Shown in pieces: positions 1 to 10,467 of a stretch of DNA of 64,000 nt. Both the position numbers and the translations under genes were made by a program. The notes below the pieces were generated by a model, which did not search any database, had not been told where the DNA came from, and worked only from the letters and a program-made list of their open reading frames with translations. The number at the start of each line of letters is the position of its first letter. Position 1 is the first letter of the stretch. This stretch comes from Bdellovibrionales bacterium (GTDB lineage Bacteria > Bdellovibrionota > UBA1018 > CAIMNF01): positions 6,341-70,340 of the forward strand of contig JBEIJY010000009.1 of NCBI GenBank assembly GCA_040380025.1. The letters run 5' to 3'.

Positions 1-631
1 GAAGCACGACATTCTGATCATCGCAGACGAGGTGCTTTGTGGTTCCGGACGCACCGGCAAGTTCTTCGCCGCCGAACACGAGCACTTCAAGCCCGATGTC
101 CTGGTTCTCGGAAAAGGCCTGAATGCCGGACTTATGCCGGTGGCCGCGCTCCTGACCCGGACGCGCGACGTGAACACCATGAAAAGCGCATCGGGCGGGT
201 TTCTGCATGCCCAGACTTACATGCAGGCACCTTCGATGGCGGCCACCGCCCTTGCCGTCGTGGAGTATCTTGACGAGCATCAGGTTCTGGCGAAGGCCGA
301 AGCCGTATCCCGGCACTGGCAACAAGAGCTTCAGCGCCACCTTCATGCTCTTCCGTTCGTGGGGTCCGTCACCGGAATCGGCCACATGGCGGGCGTTGAG
401 TTCGTCGAAGACAAGGCCTCGAAAAAACCGTTTCCGATCGCAAAAAAATTCGCCCAAAAATTCGTTCAGCACGCGCAAGACCAAGGCCTGATCCTTTGGC
501 CCAACTACGGCCAGGCCGATGGCACAAACGGGGATCTGGTCATCCTGGGCCCCTCGCTCGAGATGACCATGACTGAGGCCGACGAATGCGTGGACCGTCT
601 GAAGCGGGCCCTCCTCGACTTCCCTCTCTGA
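1..631 (+). CDS. Class-III (omega) aminotransferase, C-terminal fragment (5' end lies outside the window)
   Basis: ORF 32-631 is in frame from the window edge. It carries the class-III aminotransferase signature 'GSGRTGKFFA' and the C-terminal fold; there is no start codon context at 32. Confidence 0.8.
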   Translation, partial: KHDILIIADEVLCGSGRTGKFFAAEHEHFKPDVLVLGKGLNAGLMPVAALLTRTRDVNTMKSASGGFLHAQTYMQAPSMAATALAVVEYLDEHQVLAKAEAVSRHWQQELQRHLHALPFVGSVTGIGHMAGVEFVEDKASKKPFPIAKKFAQKFVQHAQDQGLILWPNYGQADGTNGDLVILGPSLEMTMTEADECVDRLKRALLDFPL

Positions 632-675
632 TTTTTTGCGTGCGATTCCCGCGGGAGACATGCTAAAAATCGGGC

Positions 676-2247
676 ATGTCCAGCACATTCAGAATCACCT
701 ACTCCGCTCTCAATGCCGACATGACCGCGCTCAATCAAGCCTTCGACGAGACCTACTCGCAGATGAAGGCGGATCTCGGCAAATCCGTTCCCTCGATCGT
801 GAACGGGAAGCCGGTTCAAGGCGAGCGGATGAACAAAAAATTCAGCCCGACCGACACCTCGCTTTTGATCGCGAATTACCACACCGTGAGCGAAAGCGAA
901 CTGAATGAGGCCTTCCTGGCCTCGAAAAAAGCGCAAAAATGCTGGAGTGCCACCCCGTGGACCGAGCGGGTCGCGATCACGAAGAAGGCGGCCGAAATCA
1001 TGCGCGAACGCCGGATGCGAATCGCGGCCCTGATGACCCTCGAGGTGGGCAAGAATCGCATGGAATCGCTCGGCGATGCCGAAGAGGCCGCCGATCTGCT
1101 CGCCTACTACGCCGATCAGATGGAACAAGCGAAGGGATTCATCCAGCCGCTTGCCAAGCTCTCCCCGAACGAGAACACCAAGGATGTGCTCAGGCCCTAC
1201 GGGGTCTTCGCCGTGATCGCGCCGTTCAACTTCCCGATGGCGCTCGGAGCCGGCATGACCTCGGCCGCTCTTCTTGGCGGGAATTCCGTGATCCTGAAGC
1301 CCAGCGATGATGCTCCGGGCACCGCCTACGAAATCTATCTCGCCTATCGCGATGCAGGACTCCCCGAAGGAGTGCTTCAGGTCGTGTTCGGAAACGGCCC
1401 GGCTCTCGGCGAGTGGATGGTAAAGCACCCCCTTTGCGACGGAGTCGCATTCACCGGCAGCAAGGCGGTCGGGATGACGATCATCCGCACGCTCCACTCC
1501 GGCGCCTATGCAAAGCCGGCGCTGGTCGAGCTGGGCGGGAAAAACCCGGCATTCATCTGCGAAACCGCCGATCTCGACAAGGCGGCATCGGGATGCGTCC
1601 GGAGCGCCTTCGGGCTCTCGGGCCAGAAGTGCAGCGCGCTCTCGCGCCTTTATGTTCACGAAAAAATTTATTCCCGCTTTGTCGAAAAACTCCTCGAAGC
1701 GGCCAAATCGGTGGCGACCGTGGGGGATGCCTCGAAATCCGGCGTGTACATGGGCCCGGTGATCAACGAGCGCGCGGTCGAGCGGCATCTTCAGGCGATC
1801 CGCGAGGCGCGCGCGATCGGAAAAATCCTGTTCGGCGGTACCGACCTCCGGGAGCAAAGCGAATTCAAGAACGGACATTTCGCCGACCCGACCATTGCGG
1901 AGCTTCCGGCCACCTCGCGGCACTTCAAAGATGAGTTCTTCTCGCCCTTCCTTGCCGTGACGAAGTTCTCGAACCTCGCCGAAGCGATCCAAGATGCGAA
2001 CAAGGCCGAATACGGCCTGACGGCCGGGATCTTCACGGGTAAAAAAGAAGAAATCGACGAGTTCATGGATTCGATCGAGGCCGGCGTCCTGTACGCGAAC
2101 CGCGCCACCGGCGCCTCCACCGGCGCATGGCCCGGGGTCCAGTCCTTTTGCGGCTGGAAGGGGTCCGGCGGATCGGGGAAAGGCGGATGCGGGCCGTACT
2201 ACGTTTCGCAGTTCATGCGAGAGCAGTCCCGCACGATCATGGAGTGA
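676..2247 (+). CDS. Aldehyde dehydrogenase family protein (P5C / glutamate- or glutarate-semialdehyde dehydrogenase type)
   Basis: 523 aa. Catalytic motifs 'ELGGKNP' and 'GQKCSA' are present and the length matches RocA-type ALDH. Confidence 0.85.
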   Translation: MSSTFRITYSALNADMTALNQAFDETYSQMKADLGKSVPSIVNGKPVQGERMNKKFSPTDTSLLIANYHTVSESELNEAFLASKKAQKCWSATPWTERVAITKKAAEIMRERRMRIAALMTLEVGKNRMESLGDAEEAADLLAYYADQMEQAKGFIQPLAKLSPNENTKDVLRPYGVFAVIAPFNFPMALGAGMTSAALLGGNSVILKPSDDAPGTAYEIYLAYRDAGLPEGVLQVVFGNGPALGEWMVKHPLCDGVAFTGSKAVGMTIIRTLHSGAYAKPALVELGGKNPAFICETADLDKAASGCVRSAFGLSGQKCSALSRLYVHEKIYSRFVEKLLEAAKSVATVGDASKSGVYMGPVINERAVERHLQAIREARAIGKILFGGTDLREQSEFKNGHFADPTIAELPATSRHFKDEFFSPFLAVTKFSNLAEAIQDANKAEYGLTAGIFTGKKEEIDEFMDSIEAGVLYANRATGASTGAWPGVQSFCGWKGSGGSGKGGCGPYYVSQFMREQSRTIME

Positions 2248-2374
2248 TTCGTTCAGAGTTTTGATTCGACAATTTGGAATTCCATCGTTCTTTCGGCGAG
2301 CCGCGGCTCAGACAAAATCAAAATCTGGCGCAACCCGGTAGCGCAGTTCGCGGGCTTTTGATAGCATTCCGCGC

Positions 2375-3712
2375 ATGCAAACCGAGAAGCGCCCCCACAT
2401 CCATACGCCCCCTCCCGGACCGAAAGCCAAGGCCCTGATCGATCGCGATCACGCCGTCACCTCGCCCTCGTACATCAAGGAATACCCGCTCGTGGTCTCG
2501 CACGGCGAGGGCATGTATGTGTACGACGTCGACGGAAACTCCTACCTTGATTTCATGGCCGGAATCGCCGTGACCTCCACCGGCCACGCTCACCCGAAAG
2601 TGGTGAAGGCGATCCAGGATGCCGCTTCGAAATTCCTCCACATCTGCGGCACTGATTTTTACTACGAATCCATGATCGAGCTCTGCGAGCGCCTCTCCCG
2701 CGCGGTTCACCCCTACATGGGCGACACCAAGGTGTTTCTGACCAATTCCGGAACCGAGGCCGTCGAAGGCGCGATCAAGCTCGCCCGCCACCACACCCGG
2801 CGCTCCAAGATTGTGGCCTTCAAGGGCGCCTTCCACGGCCGCACGATGGGCGCGATCACCCTGAACTCGTCGAAGCCCGCGCAAAAGGCCCATTTCGGCC
2901 CCCTTGTGCCCGAGATCTACCATCTTCCGTACTCGTACCCCTACCGGTGCGCCTACAAGAACGAAAAGACCTGGTGCGAACAGAACTGCGTCTGCGCGAA
3001 CAAGCTCGAAGAAGACTGGTTCACCTCGCATTTCTCTCCCGATGAGGTCGCGGCGATTTTTGTCGAGCCGATCCAGGGCGAAGGCGGGTACGTCATGCCT
3101 TCTCCGAAGTTCCTGCGCGATCTTCGCGACATCTGCGACCGCCACGGAATCCTCCTCGTGTTCGACGAAGTGCAATCCGGGATCGGACGCACGGGCGACC
3201 TTTTTGCGGCTGAAACCCTGGGAGTCGCTCCTGACGTGATCCTCTCGGCCAAGGGAATCGCATCCGGGATGCCGGTCGGAGCGATCATCGCGAAGACCTC
3301 GAAAATGACCTGGGGACGGGGCACCCACGGCTCGACCTATGGCGGAAACCCCGTGTGCTGTGCCGCCGCGAACGCGACCATCGACATCATCTCGGGACTC
3401 CTGCCGCACATCAAAAAAACGGGCGCGTTCTTCATGGAAGAGCTGAAGAAACTGAAAGCCAAGCACCCCGTGATCGGTGACCTTCGCGGTGTGGGTCTCA
3501 TGATCGGTGCGGAATTCATCAAGGCCGATGGCACTCCGGCCACCGAATATGTCGGAAAGCTCGAACAGCTTGCGTTCCGGAAAGGCCTGCTGTTGCTCTC
3601 GTGCGGCAAGTCCACGATCCGCTTCGCCCCGCCCCTCATCATCACCGAAGCCGATGTGAAGGTCGGACTCGCGATCCTCGATCAGTGCCTGACGGAGCTC
3701 GGTCATGCGTAA
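2375..3712 (+). CDS. Class-III aminotransferase (4-aminobutyrate / 5-aminovalerate aminotransferase-like)
   Basis: 445 aa. PLP-binding region 'VFDEVQSGIGRTGDLFA' and 'YGGNP'. Sits directly after the ALDH on the same strand. Confidence 0.85.
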   Translation: MQTEKRPHIHTPPPGPKAKALIDRDHAVTSPSYIKEYPLVVSHGEGMYVYDVDGNSYLDFMAGIAVTSTGHAHPKVVKAIQDAASKFLHICGTDFYYESMIELCERLSRAVHPYMGDTKVFLTNSGTEAVEGAIKLARHHTRRSKIVAFKGAFHGRTMGAITLNSSKPAQKAHFGPLVPEIYHLPYSYPYRCAYKNEKTWCEQNCVCANKLEEDWFTSHFSPDEVAAIFVEPIQGEGGYVMPSPKFLRDLRDICDRHGILLVFDEVQSGIGRTGDLFAAETLGVAPDVILSAKGIASGMPVGAIIAKTSKMTWGRGTHGSTYGGNPVCCAAANATIDIISGLLPHIKKTGAFFMEELKKLKAKHPVIGDLRGVGLMIGAEFIKADGTPATEYVGKLEQLAFRKGLLLLSCGKSTIRFAPPLIITEADVKVGLAILDQCLTELGHA

Positions 3713-4634
3713 GCCCAAGCTCACGCCCGACAAGATCGTCTCGATGAGCGAGGCCGTGCGGGAGTCCGTGAAGCCCGGAAACGAGATTTATCTCGAAGGC
3801 TTCACGCATCTCATTCCCTTCGCCGCGGGACACGAGATCATCCGCCAGGGCATTCGCGATCTCACGGCGATCCGCCTCACGCCGGACTTGGTTTACGATC
3901 AGATGATCGAGGCCGGTCTGGTAAAGAAGCTCGTTTTCAGCTGGGCCGGAAACCCGGGCGTAGGCTCGCTCCACGCCCTTCGCCGACGCTCCCAAAAAGA
4001 CTCCGCAAGCAAGATCGAGCTCGAAGAATACTCGCATTTCGGCATGGTCGCCCGCGCCCTTGCCGGCAGCTCGGGACTTCCTTTCTGGCCGCTCAAGAAT
4101 TTCGAAGGCACCCACATCGAGGAATCGAATTCAAAGATCAAATCGATCGAGTGTCCGTATACGGGAAACCGTCTCGCCACCGTGCCCGCACTGAATCCCG
4201 ATGTGGCGATCATCCACGTGCAGAGGGCCGACCGCGAGGGTAATTCGCAGGTCTGGGGCCTCATGGGCACGCAAAAAGAAATCGCCTTCGCCTCGAAACG
4301 CGTGATCATCGTCGCCGAAGAAATCGTCGACACCGCGGTGATCCGCCGCGATCCGAATCGCACGCTGATTCCCGGGATCCTCGTGGACCATGTCGTGCAC
4401 GAACCCTGGGGCTGTCATCCGTCCTACGCGCAAGGGTATTACGATCGCGACAATGACTTTTACGTGAAGTGGGAAGAAATCTCGCGCGACCCGAAGACCT
4501 ATCAGGACTATCTGGACGCATTCGTATTCGGCGTGAAGGACCGTCAGGAGTATCTGAAAAAGGCCGGATCCGGGCTCATGGACCGCCTGAAGGCGAAGCC
4601 CAGGAAATGCGAGGGAGTGGACTATGGCTACTGA
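3705..4634 (+). CDS. CoA-transferase subunit A (glutaconate / 3-oxoacid CoA-transferase family)
   Basis: 309 aa with family I CoA-transferase alpha-subunit features. Overlaps the upstream gene stop by 8 nt. Confidence 0.75.
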   Translation: MRKPKLTPDKIVSMSEAVRESVKPGNEIYLEGFTHLIPFAAGHEIIRQGIRDLTAIRLTPDLVYDQMIEAGLVKKLVFSWAGNPGVGSLHALRRRSQKDSASKIELEEYSHFGMVARALAGSSGLPFWPLKNFEGTHIEESNSKIKSIECPYTGNRLATVPALNPDVAIIHVQRADREGNSQVWGLMGTQKEIAFASKRVIIVAEEIVDTAVIRRDPNRTLIPGILVDHVVHEPWGCHPSYAQGYYDRDNDFYVKWEEISRDPKTYQDYLDAFVFGVKDRQEYLKKAGSGLMDRLKAKPRKCEGVDYGY

Positions 4635-5406
4635 ACTGAAACCATCCGAACGCATGGCCGTCCGCGCTTCGCAGGAGCTGAAGAACCGCGAAGTGGTGTT
4701 TGTGGGAATCGGGCTTCCGAACCTCGCCTGCAATCTTGCGCGCGCGCTCCATGCCCCCGAACTCTTCATGATTTACGAGAGCGGAACCATCGGAACGCTT
4801 CCTGCGCGCCTTCCGGTTTCGATCGGTGACCCCACCCTAGTCACCGATTCGCTGGCGATCGTCTCGCAAGCCGATATCTTCCAGCAGTATTTGCAGGGCG
4901 GGCTCATCGAGGTGGGCTTCCTGGGCGGCGCCCAGGTGGACCGCTACGGCAACATCAACACCACGGTCATCGGCGACTACTCCGACCCGAAGATCCGGCT
5001 TCCGGGTTCGGGCGGCGCCTGCGAGATTGCGACCCATTCGCAACGGGTGCTCATCATGATGAGAATGAGTCCGAAGAGCTTTGTCGAAAAATGCGATTTC
5101 GTCACCAGCCCGGGCTCCCGCATGGATTCCCGAAAACCATCAAAATATCTCGGAAAGACTCGAAAAGATCTGGGACTTCCGGGAGGCGGCCCGGTGAAGG
5201 CGATCACAGATCTGGGCGTGCTCGAGATGATCGGGGGGGAATTCACCCTGACCGAGATTTTTGAGGGCGTCACGGTCGAGCAGGTAAGACAAAACTGCGG
5301 CTGGGACCTGAAAGTCGCCCCCGACCTGCGCCGGATTCCCGATCCCGATGCGCAGACACTCGAGATCCTCCGGAACCGGATCGATCCCGATCGCTTGTAT
5401 TTGTAG
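4624..5406 (+). CDS. CoA-transferase subunit B
   Basis: 260 aa with the 'GSGGACEIA' beta-subunit glutamate motif region. Translationally coupled to subunit A (11-nt overlap). Confidence 0.75.
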   Translation: MATELKPSERMAVRASQELKNREVVFVGIGLPNLACNLARALHAPELFMIYESGTIGTLPARLPVSIGDPTLVTDSLAIVSQADIFQQYLQGGLIEVGFLGGAQVDRYGNINTTVIGDYSDPKIRLPGSGGACEIATHSQRVLIMMRMSPKSFVEKCDFVTSPGSRMDSRKPSKYLGKTRKDLGLPGGGPVKAITDLGVLEMIGGEFTLTEIFEGVTVEQVRQNCGWDLKVAPDLRRIPDPDAQTLEILRNRIDPDRLYL

Positions 5407-5412
5407 CCAGAA

Positions 5413-6882
5413 TCAGTGCTTGTTCTCCCGGGCCGCATCCACCATCCCGAGATGACGGTCAAAGCGCTTCATCACCCAAAGGTGCACGAGCGCCTGCGTG
5501 AAGCGGTAAATCCCCCATGGCAAGGCCGGAATGTATTCATGGATCGCGGCGAGAATCACGGTTCCGCCCAAGGCCTCGCGGAATTCGAGCCTGCCTCGCT
5601 TCATTTTCGGGGACGCAAGAAGCCCTCCCCGGATGTACAAAAGCACTCGATCCGGAGTCGAGCGCTCTACGCTTTTTTCAAGCTCGAGAAGACGGATTCT
5701 CCGGGAGAGCAACGAAAAGACGCAGTGATTTCGCTCGACCGTGACCCGAATCAGCGTGCCGAACTGGAGTGGAAGCCACCGCAGGTACTCGGCCGCCACC
5801 CACTCGGCGTCCACCCCCGAGGGATGATGGAGGCGCTGGATCGAGCGCACTTCGCGCGCATTCGGGCCCGAAGAAATTCTCGGAGCCCGTTCCATCGGGG
5901 CATCCGGCCGCTTCGGATCCCCCGGGTGAAGCGCCTCCGAAAGCGCGCGATCCATCGAAATCCGCTCCCGTGGCCAATACGTCCATGCCCGCGCGGGGTC
6001 CACCACCATCCGGTGAATCAACGACAACACGAGCGGATACACGAGATCCTTCGAAGTCCCGGTGATCAGCTTCACCCAAAGCCTCGAGAGCCGGAGAGGC
6101 ACCAGATTGAACGAAAACAAGCGACGGTGCAGTCCGAGCGCCCGAGCCGTCTTCAGAATGAGTTCTTGATAGGTGATGACCTCGGGCCCGCCGATGTCAT
6201 AAATCGCGCCGCGAACGGAAGGGTCCGACAAAGACTTCTCGAGCACCGCGAGCACCTCGGAGAGAGCGATCGGTTGAGATTCGGTGGAGGTCCATGCCGG
6301 GCACACCATGAGCGGGAGCCGCTCCACGAGACGATGAAGAATCTCGAACGAGGACCCATTCGCTCCGATGATGAGACCCGCGCGCAAAGTGGTGACCGGA
6401 ATCCCCGAAAGCCGCAGACATTCCTCGACCTCGAGCCTGCTCCGCAGATGCCAAGAAAGTTCGGTTTCGCCCGGGATCATTCCGCCCAGATACACCATGT
6501 GGCGAATGCCCGCTTTCTTCGCACAACGGGCGAAATTGTCGGCAAGAATCAAATCGAAATCATAAAACGACCCCTGCGAGAGATCGGCCGAGGGAAGCAT
6601 CGAGTGGACGAGGTAGCAGGCATCAGTACACCCCACCATCGCCTCCTGGATGTCCTTCATCGAAAACAGGTCGCATTTCTTCCAGACGAGCCTCGGATGA
6701 TGCGAAACGCGGGGAATGCGCGAGAGAGCGACGATCTCGACCTCCTCACGGAGCAAGAGCTGTTCGACCAAGGCACGACCGATGAATCCGCTGGCGCCGG
6801 CAATCAGGAGTTTCACGCCCTCGATCGTACCCGATCCGGCCGAGGTTTCAAATCGCCCCGTTCGGCGGACATCGATTGACAT
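5413..6882 (-). CDS. NAD(P)-binding epimerase/dehydratase-like protein with a C-terminal DUF2867-like domain
   Basis: Rossmann motif 'LLIAGASGFIGRAL'. The ORF runs to 6945, but that extension has no NAD-fold context, so I placed the start at an internal Met (6882). A GTG near 6816 is also possible. Confidence 0.6.
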   Translation of the reverse strand: MSIDVRRTGRFETSAGSGTIEGVKLLIAGASGFIGRALVEQLLLREEVEIVALSRIPRVSHHPRLVWKKCDLFSMKDIQEAMVGCTDACYLVHSMLPSADLSQGSFYDFDLILADNFARCAKKAGIRHMVYLGGMIPGETELSWHLRSRLEVEECLRLSGIPVTTLRAGLIIGANGSSFEILHRLVERLPLMVCPAWTSTESQPIALSEVLAVLEKSLSDPSVRGAIYDIGGPEVITYQELILKTARALGLHRRLFSFNLVPLRLSRLWVKLITGTSKDLVYPLVLSLIHRMVVDPARAWTYWPRERISMDRALSEALHPGDPKRPDAPMERAPRISSGPNAREVRSIQRLHHPSGVDAEWVAAEYLRWLPLQFGTLIRVTVERNHCVFSLLSRRIRLLELEKSVERSTPDRVLLYIRGGLLASPKMKRGRLEFREALGGTVILAAIHEYIPALPWGIYRFTQALVHLWVMKRFDRHLGMVDAARENKH

Positions 6883-6943
6883 GGATGATCGGAAAAAATA
6901 ATCTATCGAGAATCTTGATCGAAGAACCAATGATCGGAGAATC

Positions 6944-7891
6944 ATGGCATCCCTGACCCAGCTCGAATACCTTGTCGCCGTCGAAAAGCACCGTCACTTC
7001 GGAAAAGCCGCCGCCGCGTGCGGCGTCTCCCAACCCACGCTCTCGATGCAGCTTCACAAACTCGAAGAAGAGTATGGTGTCACCTTCTTCGACCGCTCCC
7101 GACAGCCCATATTGCCGAATCCCGAGGCCATCCCCCTCATGGAGCAAGCAAAAGTGATCCTGCGCGAGTACGGCAAGCTCCGGCACATGACCTCCGACTC
7201 CTCGCTCGAGCTGACGGGAACCTTCCAACTCGGCGTGATTCCGACCGTTGCGCCTTATCTGATTCCCCGCTTCCTGCCCGCCTTCGCCAACGCACACCCC
7301 AAGGTCGAGCTCGTGATTCGCGAGCTCACCACGCCCCAAATCATCGATGCTCTCGATCGGGACGAGATCGATGCCGGGATCCTCGCGACCCCGATGGACA
7401 TCCCCTCCTTGGACGAGCGGCCGCTTTACTACGAGCCGTTCCGGGTTTACTGCTCGGAATCCCATCCGCTGGCCTCTCAAAAAACGATCAGAGAGGACGA
7501 GCTCACGACAAACGGAATCTGGCTTCTGACCGAGGGACATTGCCTTCGAAACCAGGTGCTGAAAATCTGCTCCGCACGGAGGTCACCGGGTGCCTTTCGG
7601 AACATCCGTCTCGAAAGCGGAAGCATGGAAATGCTGATCCAGCTGATCGATGCGGGGCATGGATTCACCCTCCTTCCGGCCCTGGCCACCGGCCGCATTC
7701 CAAAAGAAAACCGCGGTCGCCTGAAGGAAATCCAAAAACCGGTTCCCGCGCGCGAAATCAGCCTTGTCTACCAACGGAGCCATTACAAGCAGAACATTCT
7801 CGGAGCGCTCGCGGACTCGATCCGCTCCCGCCTGCCGGAAGAAGTCTTTCCGAAACGAAATGCGGGACTGGAGGTCATCCGGCTGAAGTGA
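6944..7891 (+). CDS. LysR-family transcriptional regulator (OxyR-like)
   Basis: N-terminal HTH 'TQLEYLVAVEKHRHFGKAAAACGVSQPTLSMQL' and an LysR substrate-binding domain. 315 aa. Confidence 0.85.
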   Translation: MASLTQLEYLVAVEKHRHFGKAAAACGVSQPTLSMQLHKLEEEYGVTFFDRSRQPILPNPEAIPLMEQAKVILREYGKLRHMTSDSSLELTGTFQLGVIPTVAPYLIPRFLPAFANAHPKVELVIRELTTPQIIDALDRDEIDAGILATPMDIPSLDERPLYYEPFRVYCSESHPLASQKTIREDELTTNGIWLLTEGHCLRNQVLKICSARRSPGAFRNIRLESGSMEMLIQLIDAGHGFTLLPALATGRIPKENRGRLKEIQKPVPAREISLVYQRSHYKQNILGALADSIRSRLPEEVFPKRNAGLEVIRLK

Positions 7892-8612
7892 CCGGGATTG
7901 CGGGGAAGATCACATCAAACTTGGTGTTCGGGCAATTCCCGTCGATCTCGATCCGGCCACCATGGGCCTCCACCATTCCTTTGCTGATGCTGAGCCCGAG
8001 ACCCGAGCCTTCTCCGGGGGGTTTCGTGGTGAAGAACGGCAAAAGCACCTTGCCCCGGATCGCCTCTGGCACTCCGGCGCCTGAATCGATCACCGATAGA
8101 ATATGATCATTTCGACTTTGCCGGTACTCCACCCGGACCCAACGGGTTTCGAGATCCTTGATGGCATACAATGCGTTGTTCAGAAGATTCACGAGGATTT
8201 GCGTGACCGCAACATCCGAACAGCGGATTTCCGCACTCAGATCGCCCGAAGTCTCGAGTAAAAACCCCTCACTCTTCAGCCGCGACTGAGAAAGGGCGAA
8301 CGCCTCATCGATCATGGTTCCGACACGGTGGAATCCGAACTGGAGCTCATTCTCGTCCCGGAGGAGTCCACGAAGCGCCTGAACGATTCGTGCCATGCGG
8401 AGCGCGGTATCGCTGATCTGCTCCGCGTGGCGCGCAAGCTCCGGGAGCGAAACATTTCCGCGCCGGATGGCCATGCGGATCAGATCCGAGTACCCTTTGA
8501 TGATCGTGAGCGGATTGTTGATCTCATGTGCGAGTCCGGCCGCCATCTCGCCCAAGGCCGCCATTTTCGCCTGATGAATTGTCAAATCTTTGGCTGAATC
8601 ACTGAGCATCAC
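7875..8612 (-). CDS. Sensor histidine kinase (soluble; HisKA + HATPase_c only)
   Basis: H-box 'LAHEINNPLTII' and G-boxes 'DSGAGV' / 'GSGLGLSI'. No transmembrane or sensor domain. Confidence 0.8.
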   Translation of the reverse strand: MMLSDSAKDLTIHQAKMAALGEMAAGLAHEINNPLTIIKGYSDLIRMAIRRGNVSLPELARHAEQISDTALRMARIVQALRGLLRDENELQFGFHRVGTMIDEAFALSQSRLKSEGFLLETSGDLSAEIRCSDVAVTQILVNLLNNALYAIKDLETRWVRVEYRQSRNDHILSVIDSGAGVPEAIRGKVLLPFFTTKPPGEGSGLGLSISKGMVEAHGGRIEIDGNCPNTKFDVIFPAIPVTSAG

Positions 8613-8625
8613 GAATCATTGAGCA

Positions 8626-10467
8626 TCAATCAACGAAGGCCTTCAGGTGCTTCGCCCGGCTCGGATGCCGGAGCTTGCGAAGGGCTTTGGCTTCGATCTG
8701 ACGGATCCGCTCGCGGGTCACAAAGAAATCCTGACCCACTTCTTCGAGGGTGTGGTCGGACTTCTCACCGATCCCGAAGCGCATGCGGAGCACTTTCTCT
8801 TCCCTCGGGGTGAGGGTCGAGAGGACCTTGCGGGTCTGCTCCGAGAGGTTCAGACTGATGACCGCTTCGGAGGGGTTGATGATATTCTTGTCTTCGATGA
8901 AATCACCGAGCGAGGAATCCTCCTCCTCGCCGATCGGGGTTTCGAGCGAGATGGGCTCTTTTGCGATTTTGAGCACCTTCCGGACCTTGTCGACCGGCAT
9001 CTCCATTTTGGTTGCGATCTCTTCGGGCTGGGGCTCGCGCCCGAGCTGCTGCATGAGGGTGCGCGAGGTCCGGACCAACTTGTTGATCGTCTCGATCATG
9101 TGCACCGGAATCCGGATCGTGCGGGCCTGATCGGCAATCGCACGGGTGATCGCCTGACGGATCCACCAAGTGGCGTACGTCGAGAATTTATAGCCCCGGC
9201 GGTATTCGAATTTGTCGACCGCCTTCATGAGGCCGATATTCCCCTCCTGGATGAGATCGAGGAACTGCAAGCCGCGGTTGGTGTATTTTTTCGCGATCGA
9301 AACCACAAGACGCAGGTTCGCCTCGACGAGTTCGCTTTTTGCGATGTCGGCCTTGCGCTCACCGATCATGAGGCTTTCATTGATCCGTTTCAATTCCTCG
9401 ACGGTGACCCCGGATTCGCTTTCCAGGCGGGAAAGCTTGCGAACCGCCTCTTCCTCCTGGGCGATGAGCTGGGCGAGCTTCGCCTCGGTGACATCGTATT
9501 TTTTGCAAAGCTCCGGAATTTTCGAGGCTTCTTTCGCCAGCTCCGCGATCTGGCTCACGGCCTCGGCATCCTTCACGCCCAAGTACTGATAAATCTTGGA
9601 ACGCTCCTCGTTCAGTTCTTTTCCACGGCCCCAGTATTCCTTGATCTGGGCCGAAAGGACGTTGATGGTCTTCCGGTTGAAAGCGATGCTTTCGAACGCG
9701 GTCTCCACCTGGCGCTCGCGCTTTTTGATCTCGTTCCGGATCGATTCTTTTTCTTTCGCGGGAGTCTTGCGCGACTCCGGTCCGACGAGCTTCGGGTCCA
9801 TTTTCTCCTGGAAGGAAAGCAGGGACTTCACCTTCGAAACCGCGCGAATCACTTTATCGAGGTATTCTTTTTCGTCCTCGGGGGAGACTTCGTCCTCGAC
9901 CCCGCGGATCACGTCTTTCACCTTGGTTTTTGCGGTCTCCAGGCGCTCACCGAGCTCGACGATCGCCATGGTGCCCAACCGGGAGGCGAGAAGCGCACGA
10001 AGAATCTCGAGTTCCCCTTCTTCGATCCGCTTCGCGATTTCCACTTCGCCCTCGCGGGTCAGAAGCGAAACCGAGCCCATTTTCTTCAGGTACAATTTTA
10101 CGGGGTCTGTGCCCTTCGCATACTCGGCGGTCGAAACCAGATCGCCCGACTCATCCGATTGCAGTTCTTCGGGAGCCTCGGGCTCGCCTGAAAGATCTTC
10201 AAGAAGGGAATCTTCTTCTTTTTCCTCGCCCTCTTCCGGCCTGCGGCGGCCGTCGGTGATTTCGACCTCGTTTTCGGCGAGGAGAACCATCACTTCATCG
10301 ACTTCTTCGGAGGAGACCATCTCGGCGGGGAGAAGCTCATGCACCTCCACGAACGACAAAAAGCCTCGCTGGACCCCGAGGTCGAGAAGCTTCTTGATGT
10401 CCTTGTGATTGCGATTGATTTTCCCTGCAGAATTAGTCGGTTTTTCCTGAGACATACGAATCTTCAA
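8626..10467 (-). CDS. rpoD: RNA polymerase sigma factor RpoD (sigma-70)
   Basis: Region 2 '[39 protein letters not shown]' and region 4 '[29 protein letters not shown]'. The true start may be Met5 at 10455. Confidence 0.95.
   Translation of the reverse strand: MKIRMSQEKPTNSAGKINRNHKDIKKLLDLGVQRGFLSFVEVHELLPAEMVSSEEVDEVMVLLAENEVEITDGRRRPEEGEEKEEDSLLEDLSGEPEAPEELQSDESGDLVSTAEYAKGTDPVKLYLKKMGSVSLLTREGEVEIAKRIEEGELEILRALLASRLGTMAIVELGERLETAKTKVKDVIRGVEDEVSPEDEKEYLDKVIRAVSKVKSLLSFQEKMDPKLVGPESRKTPAKEKESIRNEIKKRERQVETAFESIAFNRKTINVLSAQIKEYWGRGKELNEERSKIYQYLGVKDAEAVSQIAELAKEASKIPELCKKYDVTEAKLAQLIAQEEEAVRKLSRLESESGVTVEELKRINESLMIGERKADIAKSELVEANLRLVVSIAKKYTNRGLQFLDLIQEGNIGLMKAVDKFEYRRGYKFSTYATWWIRQAITRAIADQARTIRIPVHMIETINKLVRTSRTLMQQLGREPQPEEIATKMEMPVDKVRKVLKIAKEPISLETPIGEEEDSSLGDFIEDKNIINPSEAVISLNLSEQTRKVLSTLTPREEKVLRMRFGIGEKSDHTLEEVGQDFFVTRERIRQIEAKALRKLRHPSRAKHLKAFVD

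Noticed and set aside
505-1992. 495-aa minus-strand ORF opposite the aldehyde dehydrogenase. Similar long shadow ORFs occur at 2318-3733(-), 5416-6879(+), 8647-10191(+), 10788-11546(+), 11744-12916(+), 15523-16407(-), 23692-25122(+), 25070-26809(+), 28298-29260(+), 49263-50897(+) and 61530-62351(-).
   Set aside because: Each lies antisense to a gene with clear family motifs. Their compositions (Arg/Gly/Pro-rich or Leu-rich low complexity) are the expected antisense translation of GC-rich coding DNA. None has a recognisable domain.
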